A stretch of 64,000 nt of DNA from Spartobacteria bacterium (GCA_040007175.1 JBDTVP010000008.1:1350-65349); one strand, 5' to 3'; positions 55,407 to 63,420 are shown, numbered from the stretch's first letter. The notes: generated by a model from the sequence alone, not told the origin. Translations and numbers: made by a program.

Positions 55407-57947
55407 ATGCCTGTTGATTATTTCACACCGACGGAATTCTCCCGCTACGACCGGGCCTGGTATGCGCGTCCCTGGTTCTATCTCCCGGTCGGGCTCTTCC
55501 TCGTCGTGGTCGTGGTCAGTCTTCTCGCTTTCATCCCGATCGCCGCTTCGCTCCGGCAACAGGCGGCCGCGCTCGATCTCACGCATCTCGAAAAGATGGA
55601 ATCGGCCAGCGTCATCGTCGATCGCAACAACAAGATCTTTGGCCAGATCTACGTCGAGAACCGCGAGACCGTTCCCTACGATCAACTCCCGAGCGGCCTG
55701 ATCAACGCGATCATCGCGACGGAGGACAACAAGTTCTACCAGCATCACGGCTACGACCTGATGGGCATTGCGCGGGCGGCCTTGAAAAATGCCGTCGCCG
55801 GCCACGTCCGGCAAGGGGCGAGCACCATCACCCAGCAACTCGCCCGCAACAGTTTCGAACTCAAAGGCCGAACGTTTCGCCGCAAACTGCTCGAGATGTT
55901 CGTGGCCCGCCGGATTGAGGACAATTTCTCCAAGCAGAAGATCATGGAGCTCTACCTGAACCGGATTTATTTCGGCGGCGGACTCTACGGCGCGGAAGCA
56001 GCGGCGCGCGGATATTTCGACAAGCCGGCGCGCGAGATGTCGCTCGCGGAATGCGCCACGCTGGCCGGGCTGGTCAAAAGCCCAAACAAACTTTCGCCCT
56101 GGAGCGATCGGGCGGCCTCGCGCGAGGCGCGCAATTTCGTCCTCGGCCGGATGCGCGAACTGGGCTTCATCAACAGCGAGCAATTCCAGACTGCGCAGGC
56201 GGCAATTTTGCAGATCGGCAACCGCCAGAACGCACGCGGACAGAACTACGCGATCGATTACATCCGCCAGCAGGTCATCGCCGCGGTCGGCTGGGATCGC
56301 GCAATGAGCGACGGCTTTCGGATCCACACTACGATCGATGCCTCGCTCCAGAATGTGGCCGAAAAATCGCTCCGCGCGCAGCTCGACGCCGCCGAGGAAA
56401 CCCCGGGCTACGATCACCAAACCTACGCGCAATACGCCGAACTCCTGCAAGAGGCGCGCCGGGAAAAATCGCCTAACGGGAAGACGACCGCCCCGCACCC
56501 GCCGGAATATTTGCAAGGCGCGGTCATCGCGCTCGATAACAAAACGGGCGGCATCCTCGCCCTCGTCGGCGGGCGGGACTTCGAGCACAACGAATACAAT
56601 CGCGCCCTCCAGGCGAAGCGCCCGCCGGGCACCGCGATGCTGCCTTTCGTTTACGCCGCGGCTTTCGAGAAAGGCCTTTTTCCCGGTTCGCTGGTGGAGG
56701 ATTCCGCGCTCGATAATCGCACCGTCATGATCGGCGGCACCACCGGCATCCTCGGCGAATGGGGGCCAGAGAATGCCGAGAACCGCTACGAAGGGCAGAT
56801 CACCGCGCGCGAAGCGCTCGCCAAATCGAAGAACGGATCGGCGGTTCGCATAGGTACGACCGCCGGCCTCGAGACCGTTTCGCAGCTCGTGCATAAAGCC
56901 GGCGTGGAAACTAAACTGCGCCCTTATCCCGCGACGTTCCTTGGGAGCAGCGAGATCACCCTGGCCGAGCTGGCCCGCGCTTACACCATTTTCCCTAACG
57001 GCGGCTGGCGCCCCGCGGCCCCGCACATTCTCGACCGGATCGAGGACAAACAAGGGAACATCGTCTGGCAATCGGAAGATCGCGATGCGCGCTACCCGGT
57101 CCTGAAACCGGAGATCGCCTACGAAGTGACTTCTTGCCTAACGGATGCCCTGACCGAAGGCACCGGTCACCTCGCCGCGCAAAAGTACGGCCTGAAGAAA
57201 TTCCCCGCCGCCGGCAAAACCGGCACTGCCTACGATTTCACCGATGCGCTTTTCGCCGGTTACGACTCGGCCGTTACCTGCGTCGTCTGGGCGGGCTTCG
57301 ATAAGCCGCAGAAAATTTATCGCGGCGCCTTCGGCAGCGTGCTCGCGCTGCCGGTCTGGGTCGACGTGATGAACGCCTCCGTTGGCCAGCATCCGCCAGA
57401 AGAGTTTTCCGTTCCGCCGGGTTTGCACAAAGTCGAGATTTGCTCGACCTCCGGCCTGCTCGCGACCGACAAGTGCTACGAGAATGTGAAGAGCGCGAGC
57501 GGCGACACGGTTAAACGGCGGACCAGTTATTTCGAGTTTGCGAACGACGAACAAATGCCGACCGGTCCCTGCGACGTTCACACCGACGCGGTCCGGACGC
57601 AGTTGGTAAAAAAATTTGAGAACAGTCAGTGGCCGCGCGCCGCGCTCGCGATCGATACCAACGAGGTCGCGCCGGTCGCGATGAAAGGTCCGACCTTGCT
57701 CGCGGACGAGGATCCCTACGCCGCGGTCGGCTCCACTTTCCAGCCGAAGATTGTCGCGAAACAGGAGGCAGCGGCCCCGTTTGATCCGGACAAGCCGGTC
57801 AAACGCGCCCTCCCGGTGAACCCCGCGCCCGAAGGAGAAGTCGAAGTCCGCCGCGCCGAACCGGTGCGGCCGATCGATGAGGCGGGCCGGGAACCGCTCC
57901 TCGAAAATGAGCCGCCGGCGCCGCTTGATTTCAGTGACGACAACTGA
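55407..57947 (+). CDS. mrcA: Penicillin-binding protein 1A (bifunctional GT51 transglycosylase / transpeptidase)
   Basis: GT51 motifs 'ATEDNKFYQHHG', 'GASTITQQLARN' and 'RIYFGGGLYG'. The transpeptidase motifs include a 'KTGT' box. The C-terminal tail is Pro-rich. Confidence 0.95.
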   Translation: MPVDYFTPTEFSRYDRAWYARPWFYLPVGLFLVVVVVSLLAFIPIAASLRQQAAALDLTHLEKMESASVIVDRNNKIFGQIYVENRETVPYDQLPSGLINAIIATEDNKFYQHHGYDLMGIARAALKNAVAGHVRQGASTITQQLARNSFELKGRTFRRKLLEMFVARRIEDNFSKQKIMELYLNRIYFGGGLYGAEAAARGYFDKPAREMSLAECATLAGLVKSPNKLSPWSDRAASREARNFVLGRMRELGFINSEQFQTAQAAILQIGNRQNARGQNYAIDYIRQQVIAAVGWDRAMSDGFRIHTTIDASLQNVAEKSLRAQLDAAEETPGYDHQTYAQYAELLQEARREKSPNGKTTAPHPPEYLQGAVIALDNKTGGILALVGGRDFEHNEYNRALQAKRPPGTAMLPFVYAAAFEKGLFPGSLVEDSALDNRTVMIGGTTGILGEWGPENAENRYEGQITAREALAKSKNGSAVRIGTTAGLETVSQLVHKAGVETKLRPYPATFLGSSEITLAELARAYTIFPNGGWRPAAPHILDRIEDKQGNIVWQSEDRDARYPVLKPEIAYEVTSCLTDALTEGTGHLAAQKYGLKKFPAAGKTGTAYDFTDALFAGYDSAVTCVVWAGFDKPQKIYRGAFGSVLALPVWVDVMNASVGQHPPEEFSVPPGLHKVEICSTSGLLATDKCYENVKSASGDTVKRRTSYFEFANDEQMPTGPCDVHTDAVRTQLVKKFENSQWPRAALAIDTNEVAPVAMKGPTLLADEDPYAAVGSTFQPKIVAKQEAAAPFDPDKPVKRALPVNPAPEGEVEVRRAEPVRPIDEAGREPLLENEPPAPLDFSDDN

Positions 57948-58956
57948 GCGCGACCGGACGGAAGCCTTTCGCCTAACGGTTCTCAATCCCGGCGGACGCG
58001 ATCCCGCGCAGGATTTTTCCGCCGGGAACAATTCGCCTAACGACGGCCACGCGCCGGTCAATTTCCACGGCTACGCCGCCTGCACCCGGGGCCGCTTTGA
58101 ACGCGACGTCGAGCCGGCGGTCGCGGCCGACCGTCCCGTCCTCTTGCTCCTGCGCGGCGATTTCAAAGAAACGCAACGCGCGCTCCGCGTGCTCCAGGAG
58201 CGCGGGCTGACCGTGGCGGTTACATTAAAAGAAACCGGCCTGCACCAGATTGCCCAACAACTGGCCGACGCGAAACGCGCGACGCGTTTTCGCGAGATCG
58301 TGGCGGCGGCGGATGGTTGCCTGGCGGCCACCCCGGAAGCGCTCACCTTCTATGGCCGCGGAGAGTTCATTCCCACGCCCTATCCGCTCGATGATGCGGG
58401 CTGGGATTTTTCCCGGCCGTTAGGCGAACGGAGGGGAATTTTCGTCGGGACTCGCGAATGGGGCGTGCCGTCGCGTCACCATTTGGCCGCGCTTCTCCTC
58501 GCGTTCGAGCTCGGCGAACCGGTCACGGTTTTTGACGAAGATCCGCGCCGCTGCCGGAAGACGCTGGCCGCGCTCGGGGTCGAGACCACTTCGCTCCGCG
58601 TGCTCGAGCGCCGGCTCCCTTATCCCGATTATCTGGCCGAGATGGCGCGGCACCGGATCGTTTTGCAAGCCGACAAGAGCGCGGTTCCCGGACAGGTCGC
58701 GGGCGACGCGTTGCTTTGCCGATTGCCCTGTGTCGGCGGAGACGGCGCAGTCGATCGGCTCGCCTTCGCGGCCACTTGCGGAAGTGGGCGCTCGTTAGGC
58801 GAGCTGAAGGAACTGGCGACCCGCCTGCTACAGAAGGCTGATTTTTATTCCGCAACCGTCGAGGCCTCGCAGAAAGAAGCGCGCGCCCGACTCGGCTCTG
58901 AAGCCGTCGCCCGCCAGCTCGAAAAATTTTTCTCGAGTCTCTCCAGCCCGGCCTGA
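57907..58956 (+). CDS. Hypothetical protein (possibly degenerate GT-B/Rossmann-like)
   Basis: The ORF is open from 57877. After the PBP1A stop, no ATG or GTG occurs in frame until TTG 58144 / GTG 58189, so the start either overlaps mrcA (ATG 57877 or 57907) or is TTG 58144. Confidence 0.45.
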   Translation: MSRRRRLISVTTTERDRTEAFRLTVLNPGGRDPAQDFSAGNNSPNDGHAPVNFHGYAACTRGRFERDVEPAVAADRPVLLLLRGDFKETQRALRVLQERGLTVAVTLKETGLHQIAQQLADAKRATRFREIVAAADGCLAATPEALTFYGRGEFIPTPYPLDDAGWDFSRPLGERRGIFVGTREWGVPSRHHLAALLLAFELGEPVTVFDEDPRRCRKTLAALGVETTSLRVLERRLPYPDYLAEMARHRIVLQADKSAVPGQVAGDALLCRLPCVGGDGAVDRLAFAATCGSGRSLGELKELATRLLQKADFYSATVEASQKEARARLGSEAVARQLEKFFSSLSSPA

Positions 58957-59003
58957 TGCACCAGCGCGCCCCCTAACGAACAACAACCGACCGCCCCCCG
59001 TGC

Positions 59004-59119
59004 TTGTCATCCCGATCCGCCGCAGGACGGAGAGGGATCTCACAAGAGACGTGCGACAACCGTATCACAAACAGAGCTCAGAGACGCTGGTGGAACCCTC
59101 GCTCCGCTCGGGATGACAA
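59004..59119. repeat. REPIN-like element (TTGTCATCCCGA ... TCGGGATGACAA), 116 bp
   Basis: The left arm is TTGTCATCCCGATCCGCCGCAGGACGGAGAGGGATCTCACAAG. The right arm is ...GGAACCCTCGCTCCGCTCGGGATGACAA. It lies between convergent genes. Confidence 0.8.
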
Positions 59120-59148
59120 ACTCGGCCGGCAGCCGCTCGCACGCCGTC

Positions 59149-60312
59149 TCAACTGCGGCCAGCGAGCGCTTCGAAATAAAAGTCCTCCAATGCGCGAGCC
59201 TGCGTCCCCTGCTCAAACTTCGCTGCGACGGCGCGCGAACCAGCTTCCGCCAGTTCACTCAAGGCCGCCGGCCGGTTCGTCCATTCAAGGAGGACCGCCC
59301 CGAGCGCAGCCTCGTCCCGTTCCGCGACAAGAACCCCGCTGACTCCCTCCGCGATCGCCTCCGGGATCCCGCCATGCCGCGTTGCGAAAACAGGCAATCC
59401 GCTCGCCATCGCCTCCAGCATCGAATTCGGAACTCCCTCCTGATTTCCGTCCCCGCCCATCTCGCTCGGATGAAGAAACAGATGCGATTCGTAAAACAGC
59501 TCGCGCAATTGCGGCTGCGCCAAGAACCCCGCGAAGCGAACCCGCTCGGCGATACCCAGCTCGCAGGCCAGATCTTGCAGTTCTTCCTGCATGGTGCCTT
59601 CGCCCGCGATCGTGAAAACCGCGCCGGGATAGGTGCGCCGAAAGGCCGCGAAAGCGCGGAGACTGGTGCGCAATCCCTTCTTCTCAATCAGCCGGCCAGC
59701 TTGCAGAAATTTCCAAGCCCCGTCGTTAGGCCAGGTCCGGGCTCGGAAAGGAATTTTAGCGAGCGGAATCCCGGTGCGATGCAGCCGGATCTTTTCCGCG
59801 GGACAACCAAGCTGGCCGACCGCGCGCGCCAGCGACTCTGACCGGACAAGAACAAGCCGCGCCGCGGCCAGCATCTCCCGTGTCGCCTCCCGGTAGCGCG
59901 GCTTGTCGAGATCGACGAGCACGTCCGCGCCATGGAACGATACCACTGTGGGCTTTGGCCAGGTGCGCATCAGCGGCAGGAGATGCACCGCGATGTGCCC
60001 AAAATAAATATGGAGAAGCTGCGCGTCGTTCTCCGCCAGGATACGCATGAGCTGCGCAATTTCCCCACGCGACATTTGCCAGGGCGCGTCCCGCAATTTG
60101 CGGAACCAAAACCTTCGCAAAAAATGCGCCGCCGGTTGCCCCACGACAAAGACCGGCGCAAATGGAAAGCGCTCCGCTTCTTCCCGTTTCTGCGCGATGA
60201 CCACCGGCCGAAAGCGCTCGAGCGCCGTGAGCTGCCGGTAGATATGCAGCATCTCCGGCTTGAGAAACGTCGCGCAATAACACGCGACGACAGGCGGAGA
60301 GCGCTCAGGCAC
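59149..60312 (-). CDS. Glycosyltransferase family 4 (GT-B, RfaG-like)
   Basis: 387 aa with the C-terminal 'EGVPNSMLEAMASGLPVFATRHGGIPEAI' EX7E-type motif. GTG start. Confidence 0.88.
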   Translation of the reverse strand: MPERSPPVVACYCATFLKPEMLHIYRQLTALERFRPVVIAQKREEAERFPFAPVFVVGQPAAHFLRRFWFRKLRDAPWQMSRGEIAQLMRILAENDAQLLHIYFGHIAVHLLPLMRTWPKPTVVSFHGADVLVDLDKPRYREATREMLAAARLVLVRSESLARAVGQLGCPAEKIRLHRTGIPLAKIPFRARTWPNDGAWKFLQAGRLIEKKGLRTSLRAFAAFRRTYPGAVFTIAGEGTMQEELQDLACELGIAERVRFAGFLAQPQLRELFYESHLFLHPSEMGGDGNQEGVPNSMLEAMASGLPVFATRHGGIPEAIAEGVSGVLVAERDEAALGAVLLEWTNRPAALSELAEAGSRAVAAKFEQGTQARALEDFYFEALAGRS

Positions 60313-60360
60313 GCCTAACGTTCAACGCTGGCGCGCCCCGTTCAACTGCTCGGTCGGCGA

Positions 60361-60690
60361 TTAAAAGGTCCAGGCAAAGAGAACGATGCCCTTCGGCTTG
60401 CCCGGATCATTCGGATCGTGCGAGACCCGGTCCTGCGCGTTGCCGTAACGCGCCGGCGCTGCTGGATTGATCATCTGCAACGGCTGACCGTGGCGAATGA
60501 TCGCCTGGGCCACGCCTTCGATCGGGACGATCGGCGCGGCGGCGGGTGGCCGCGGTTTGGGCAGGGTCGTGGTCACTTCCCCAGTCGCGGTCGTCGTCGT
60601 CGTGGTGGTGGAAAGTTCAGCCTGCCCCTGGGCAAATGCCAACCCCGTGCTCAACGCAAGCAACATGCTAACGAGTAATTTTTTCTTCAT
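60361..60690 (-). CDS. Small secreted Thr/Pro-rich hypothetical protein
   Basis: 109 aa. Signal peptide 'MKKKLLVSMLLALSTGLAFA', a poly-Thr tract and a C-terminal aromatic 'FAWTF'. Confidence 0.5.
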   Translation of the reverse strand: MKKKLLVSMLLALSTGLAFAQGQAELSTTTTTTTATGEVTTTLPKPRPPAAAPIVPIEGVAQAIIRHGQPLQMINPAAPARYGNAQDRVSHDPNDPGKPKGIVLFAWTF

Positions 60691-60765
60691 AAGCGATCTC
60701 CGTAGGCTAAGAGCTTAACGCAATTCCTTGCTCGCGCTCGAGCCTCACCCCACAATTATAAATCG

Positions 60766-61737
60766 ATGGACTACATTGAAAAGGCCGCACGTGTCCTTGA
60801 TTTAGAAATTTCCGAGCTCCAGCGCCTCCGCCAGCGGCTGGGCGAAAGCTTTGTGCGCGCGGTCGATTTGATCAAGGAAGCGGTCGAAGCCCGCGGCAAG
60901 GTCATCGTTCTCGGGGTCGGCAAATCCGGACACATCGGGGAAAAAATCGCCGCGACCCTGACCAGCACCGGTTCGCCCGCGGTCGTGCTCAATTCGCTCA
61001 ACGCACTCCACGGCGATCTCGGCGTGATCGCGGATGGCGACGTCATCCTCGCCCTCAGCTACAGCGGCGAGACCGAGGAACTGGTTCGCATCCTGCCGGC
61101 GATCGCGCGTTTCCAGGTCGCGATGATCGCCATCAGCGGCGCGGCCGAGTCGACCCTGGCGAAAAATTGCGACGTCTTTATCGACGTCAACGTCGAGCAG
61201 GAAGCGTGTCCGCTGAACCTGGCGCCAACCTCGAGCACGACGGTCATGCTCGCGCTCGGCGACGCGCTCGCGATGGTTTTGCTCGAGGCGCGCGGCTTCC
61301 AGAAGGAAGATTTCGCCAAGTTCCACCCCGCCGGGATGATCGGGCGCAGCCTGTTGATGCGCGTCAACCAGATCATGCGGCCGCGCAGTGCGCTCGCTCT
61401 CGTTAGGCCAGAGGCCAACATCCGGACCGTGCTCGAGGCGATGACCTCGCTCCGCGCCGGGGCCGCGGTCGTGGCCGGGGCGGACGAGCAATTGCTCGGG
61501 ATTTTTACGCACGGCGATTTCGTCAGGCATTTCCAGACGGACCCGCGGGTCGGCGAACGACTGGTGGCCGACCTGATGACGCTCAACCCGGTCGTTGTGC
61601 ATCAGGACAAGCTCGCGGTCGAGGTGCTCAACCTGCTCGAGCGCCACCGGATCGATGATCTTGTGGTGGTCGATGACCAGGGCGTGCCGGTCGGGATCGT
61701 TGATTCGCAGGATCTGACAAAGTTAAAACTACTCTAG
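60766..61737 (+). CDS. kdsD: Arabinose-5-phosphate isomerase (KdsD/GutQ/KpsF; SIS plus 2 CBS domains)
   Basis: 'KVIVLGVGKSGHIGEKIAATLTSTGSPA' SIS motif and tandem C-terminal CBS domains. Confidence 0.9.
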   Translation: MDYIEKAARVLDLEISELQRLRQRLGESFVRAVDLIKEAVEARGKVIVLGVGKSGHIGEKIAATLTSTGSPAVVLNSLNALHGDLGVIADGDVILALSYSGETEELVRILPAIARFQVAMIAISGAAESTLAKNCDVFIDVNVEQEACPLNLAPTSSTTVMLALGDALAMVLLEARGFQKEDFAKFHPAGMIGRSLLMRVNQIMRPRSALALVRPEANIRTVLEAMTSLRAGAAVVAGADEQLLGIFTHGDFVRHFQTDPRVGERLVADLMTLNPVVVHQDKLAVEVLNLLERHRIDDLVVVDDQGVPVGIVDSQDLTKLKLL

Positions 61738-61792
61738 GCCTCGCCCACGCAAGCGGAGCCCTCAAGGAGGGCGCGGAAAATCCGAAAAAAAC

Positions 61793-61950
61793 TTGTCATC
61801 CCGAACCGCGCAGACGGTGAGGGACCTCGCAGTCGTAGAGCGTGGGCGCGCGGAAGTGAAAACTTCTCGCGCAGATCCGCCCAGGGTTAAAAACGACATT
61901 GAATTTGAAGTTGTGAGATCCCGCGCCGTCTGCGCGACTCGGGATGACAA
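61793..61950. repeat. REPIN-like element (TTGTCATCCCGA ... TCGGGATGACAA), 158 bp, upstream of efp
   Basis: The left arm is TTGTCATCCCGAACCGCGCAGACGGTGAGGGACCTCGCAG. The right arm is ...GTTGTGAGATCCCGCGCCGTCTGCGCGACTCGGGATGACAA. Confidence 0.8.
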
Positions 61951-62019
61951 ATTGATAAAACACCCACCCGCGGCGATGACTTGTAAAATCCACCGCTCTC
62001 CACTAAGAATCTGACCTCT

Positions 62020-62577
62020 ATGGCCGCCGCAAACGATCTCCGCAAAGGAATGGCAATTAAATACAACGGCAACACCGCCATCGTGCTCGACGTGCAGCAT
62101 CGCACCCCGGGAAATTTGCGCGCCTTTGTCCAGGCCATCATCCGCTACATCAACACCGGCAAGAGCGCCGATGTCCGGTTCGGTTCGACCGACAAAGTGG
62201 AACTGGTCGATATCGCGCGGACCACGCTCGAGTTCAGTTACAAAGACAACACCGGTTTCCATTTCATGGATCCGAGCACTTACGAGACGATCACTTTGCA
62301 GGAAAGCCTGCTGAGCGAGGCGAAGGATTACCTGGTCGAGAATCTCCCGGTGGAAGTCCTCTTTACGGAAGGTCGTCCGGTGCAGGTGGAATTGCCCTCC
62401 TCCGTCCAGCTCAAGGTGGTCGAGGCGCCGGAAGGCCTGCGCGGCGATACCGCGAGCAACGTGACCAAGCCCGCGCTGCTCGAGACCGGTAAGACCGTCA
62501 ATGTCCCGCTCTTCATCAACGAGGGCGAAACGATCAAGATCGATACGCGGACCGGCACCTACATGGGCCGCGCCTAA
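62020..62577 (+). CDS. efp: Elongation factor P family protein (non-canonical loop tip)
   Basis: 185 aa. 'DLRKGMAIKYNG', 'EAPEGLRGDTASNVTKPALLETG' and 'IKIDTRTGTYMGRA' match EF-P/EfpL. The loop reads 'RTPGNLRAF' where E. coli has 'KPGKGQAF'. The stop TAA lies in GCCTAACGA. Confidence 0.9.
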   Translation: MAAANDLRKGMAIKYNGNTAIVLDVQHRTPGNLRAFVQAIIRYINTGKSADVRFGSTDKVELVDIARTTLEFSYKDNTGFHFMDPSTYETITLQESLLSEAKDYLVENLPVEVLFTEGRPVQVELPSSVQLKVVEAPEGLRGDTASNVTKPALLETGKTVNVPLFINEGETIKIDTRTGTYMGRA

Positions 62578-62580
62578 CGA

Positions 62581-63420
62581 ATGGCGGCACGCCGCGTCAC
62601 CCGCCAGCCCGCCGCCCGGCGCAAGCCGGCGCCGAAGCGCGGCAAACCGACGACCAAGCGACGCGTCCGGGTGATGCCTTACGTTGTCCCCACCCGGGGA
62701 GCGACCCTGGCCGAGGGCCTGATGGTCCCGACCAAATGGGTCAAGTTCGTCTTCGCCCTTTTTCTCCTCCCGCTCTGCGCTGTCCTGAGCCAGACCTTCT
62801 TCACCGCCTTCGCGCGCGCGACGGTCGCGGAACGTCTCTGGGCCGGCCAGGAATTCTGGTTCTTCTCGTTAGGGGCAGTCCTTTGGCTGATCGCTTTCTT
62901 CGGCCTGCCCCGCCCGATTCTGATTTACGTTTTCGGGCATGAATTGACCCACGCGCTCTGGGTTTGGCTGATGGGCGGACGGGTCAGCCATTTCCGGGTC
63001 GGCCGCGACGGCGGACATATCCTGACCGACAAGAATAATTTTCTGATTGCCCTCGCTCCTTATTTTTTTCCGCTCTACAGCCTCATCGTGCTCGCGCTTT
63101 ACGGCGCGGCCAGCCTCTTCACCAGCATGCAGCCCTACGGCCAGTTGCTCTACGCGCTGATCGGCGTGACCTGGGCGTTCCATTGCACTTTCACGCTCTG
63201 GATGATCCCGAAAAACCAGAGCGACCTGAGCGATAACGGCACGATTTTTTCCCTCGTCGTCATCTACCTGATGAACCTGCTCCTCCTCGGCGCGATGCTG
63301 ATCATCGCCTCGCCCAGCCTCACCTTCGCCAGCTTCAGCGCGGATCTGTTGCGCAACACGACAAACTTTTCGCACTGGGTCACGACAGTCTGCGAGAGTC
63401 TCAGCGGCGTGGGCGGCTAA
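62581..63420 (+). CDS. Polytopic membrane protein with HExxH motif (putative intramembrane/M50-like metalloprotease)
   Basis: 279 aa with a basic N-terminus, 6 or more TM segments, and 'FGHELTHALWVW' within a TM segment. The ATG follows efp as TAA-CGA-ATG. Confidence 0.55.
   Translation: MAARRVTRQPAARRKPAPKRGKPTTKRRVRVMPYVVPTRGATLAEGLMVPTKWVKFVFALFLLPLCAVLSQTFFTAFARATVAERLWAGQEFWFFSLGAVLWLIAFFGLPRPILIYVFGHELTHALWVWLMGGRVSHFRVGRDGGHILTDKNNFLIALAPYFFPLYSLIVLALYGAASLFTSMQPYGQLLYALIGVTWAFHCTFTLWMIPKNQSDLSDNGTIFSLVVIYLMNLLLLGAMLIIASPSLTFASFSADLLRNTTNFSHWVTTVCESLSGVGG

Larger units (their letters stand above)
8283..62873. repeat. Dispersed hyper-abundant octamer CCTAACGA / TCGTTAGG (53 exact copies counted by eye; 42 extend to GCCTAACGA)
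   Basis: Manual scan of the window; the coordinates are listed in the first finding. Copies lie in coding DNA (all stop-free frames), at stop codons and in intergenic DNA, in both orientations. Confidence 0.85.

Noticed and set aside
55305-57071. 588-aa ORF on the - strand
   Set aside because: It is antisense to the PBP1A gene, which has unambiguous GT51 and transpeptidase motifs. It has no recognisable motifs of its own.
8283-62873. Interpreting the abundant octamer as a Chi site, a KOPS/FtsK-orienting sequence or another polar signal
   Set aside because: The orientation is balanced (25 vs 28) over a contiguous 55 kb that most likely lies on one replichore, whereas Chi and KOPS are strongly strand-skewed. 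A peptide-motif explanation is also rejected because four different reading frames and intergenic sites are used. A restriction-site explanation is rejected because such sites are normally avoided rather than enriched.
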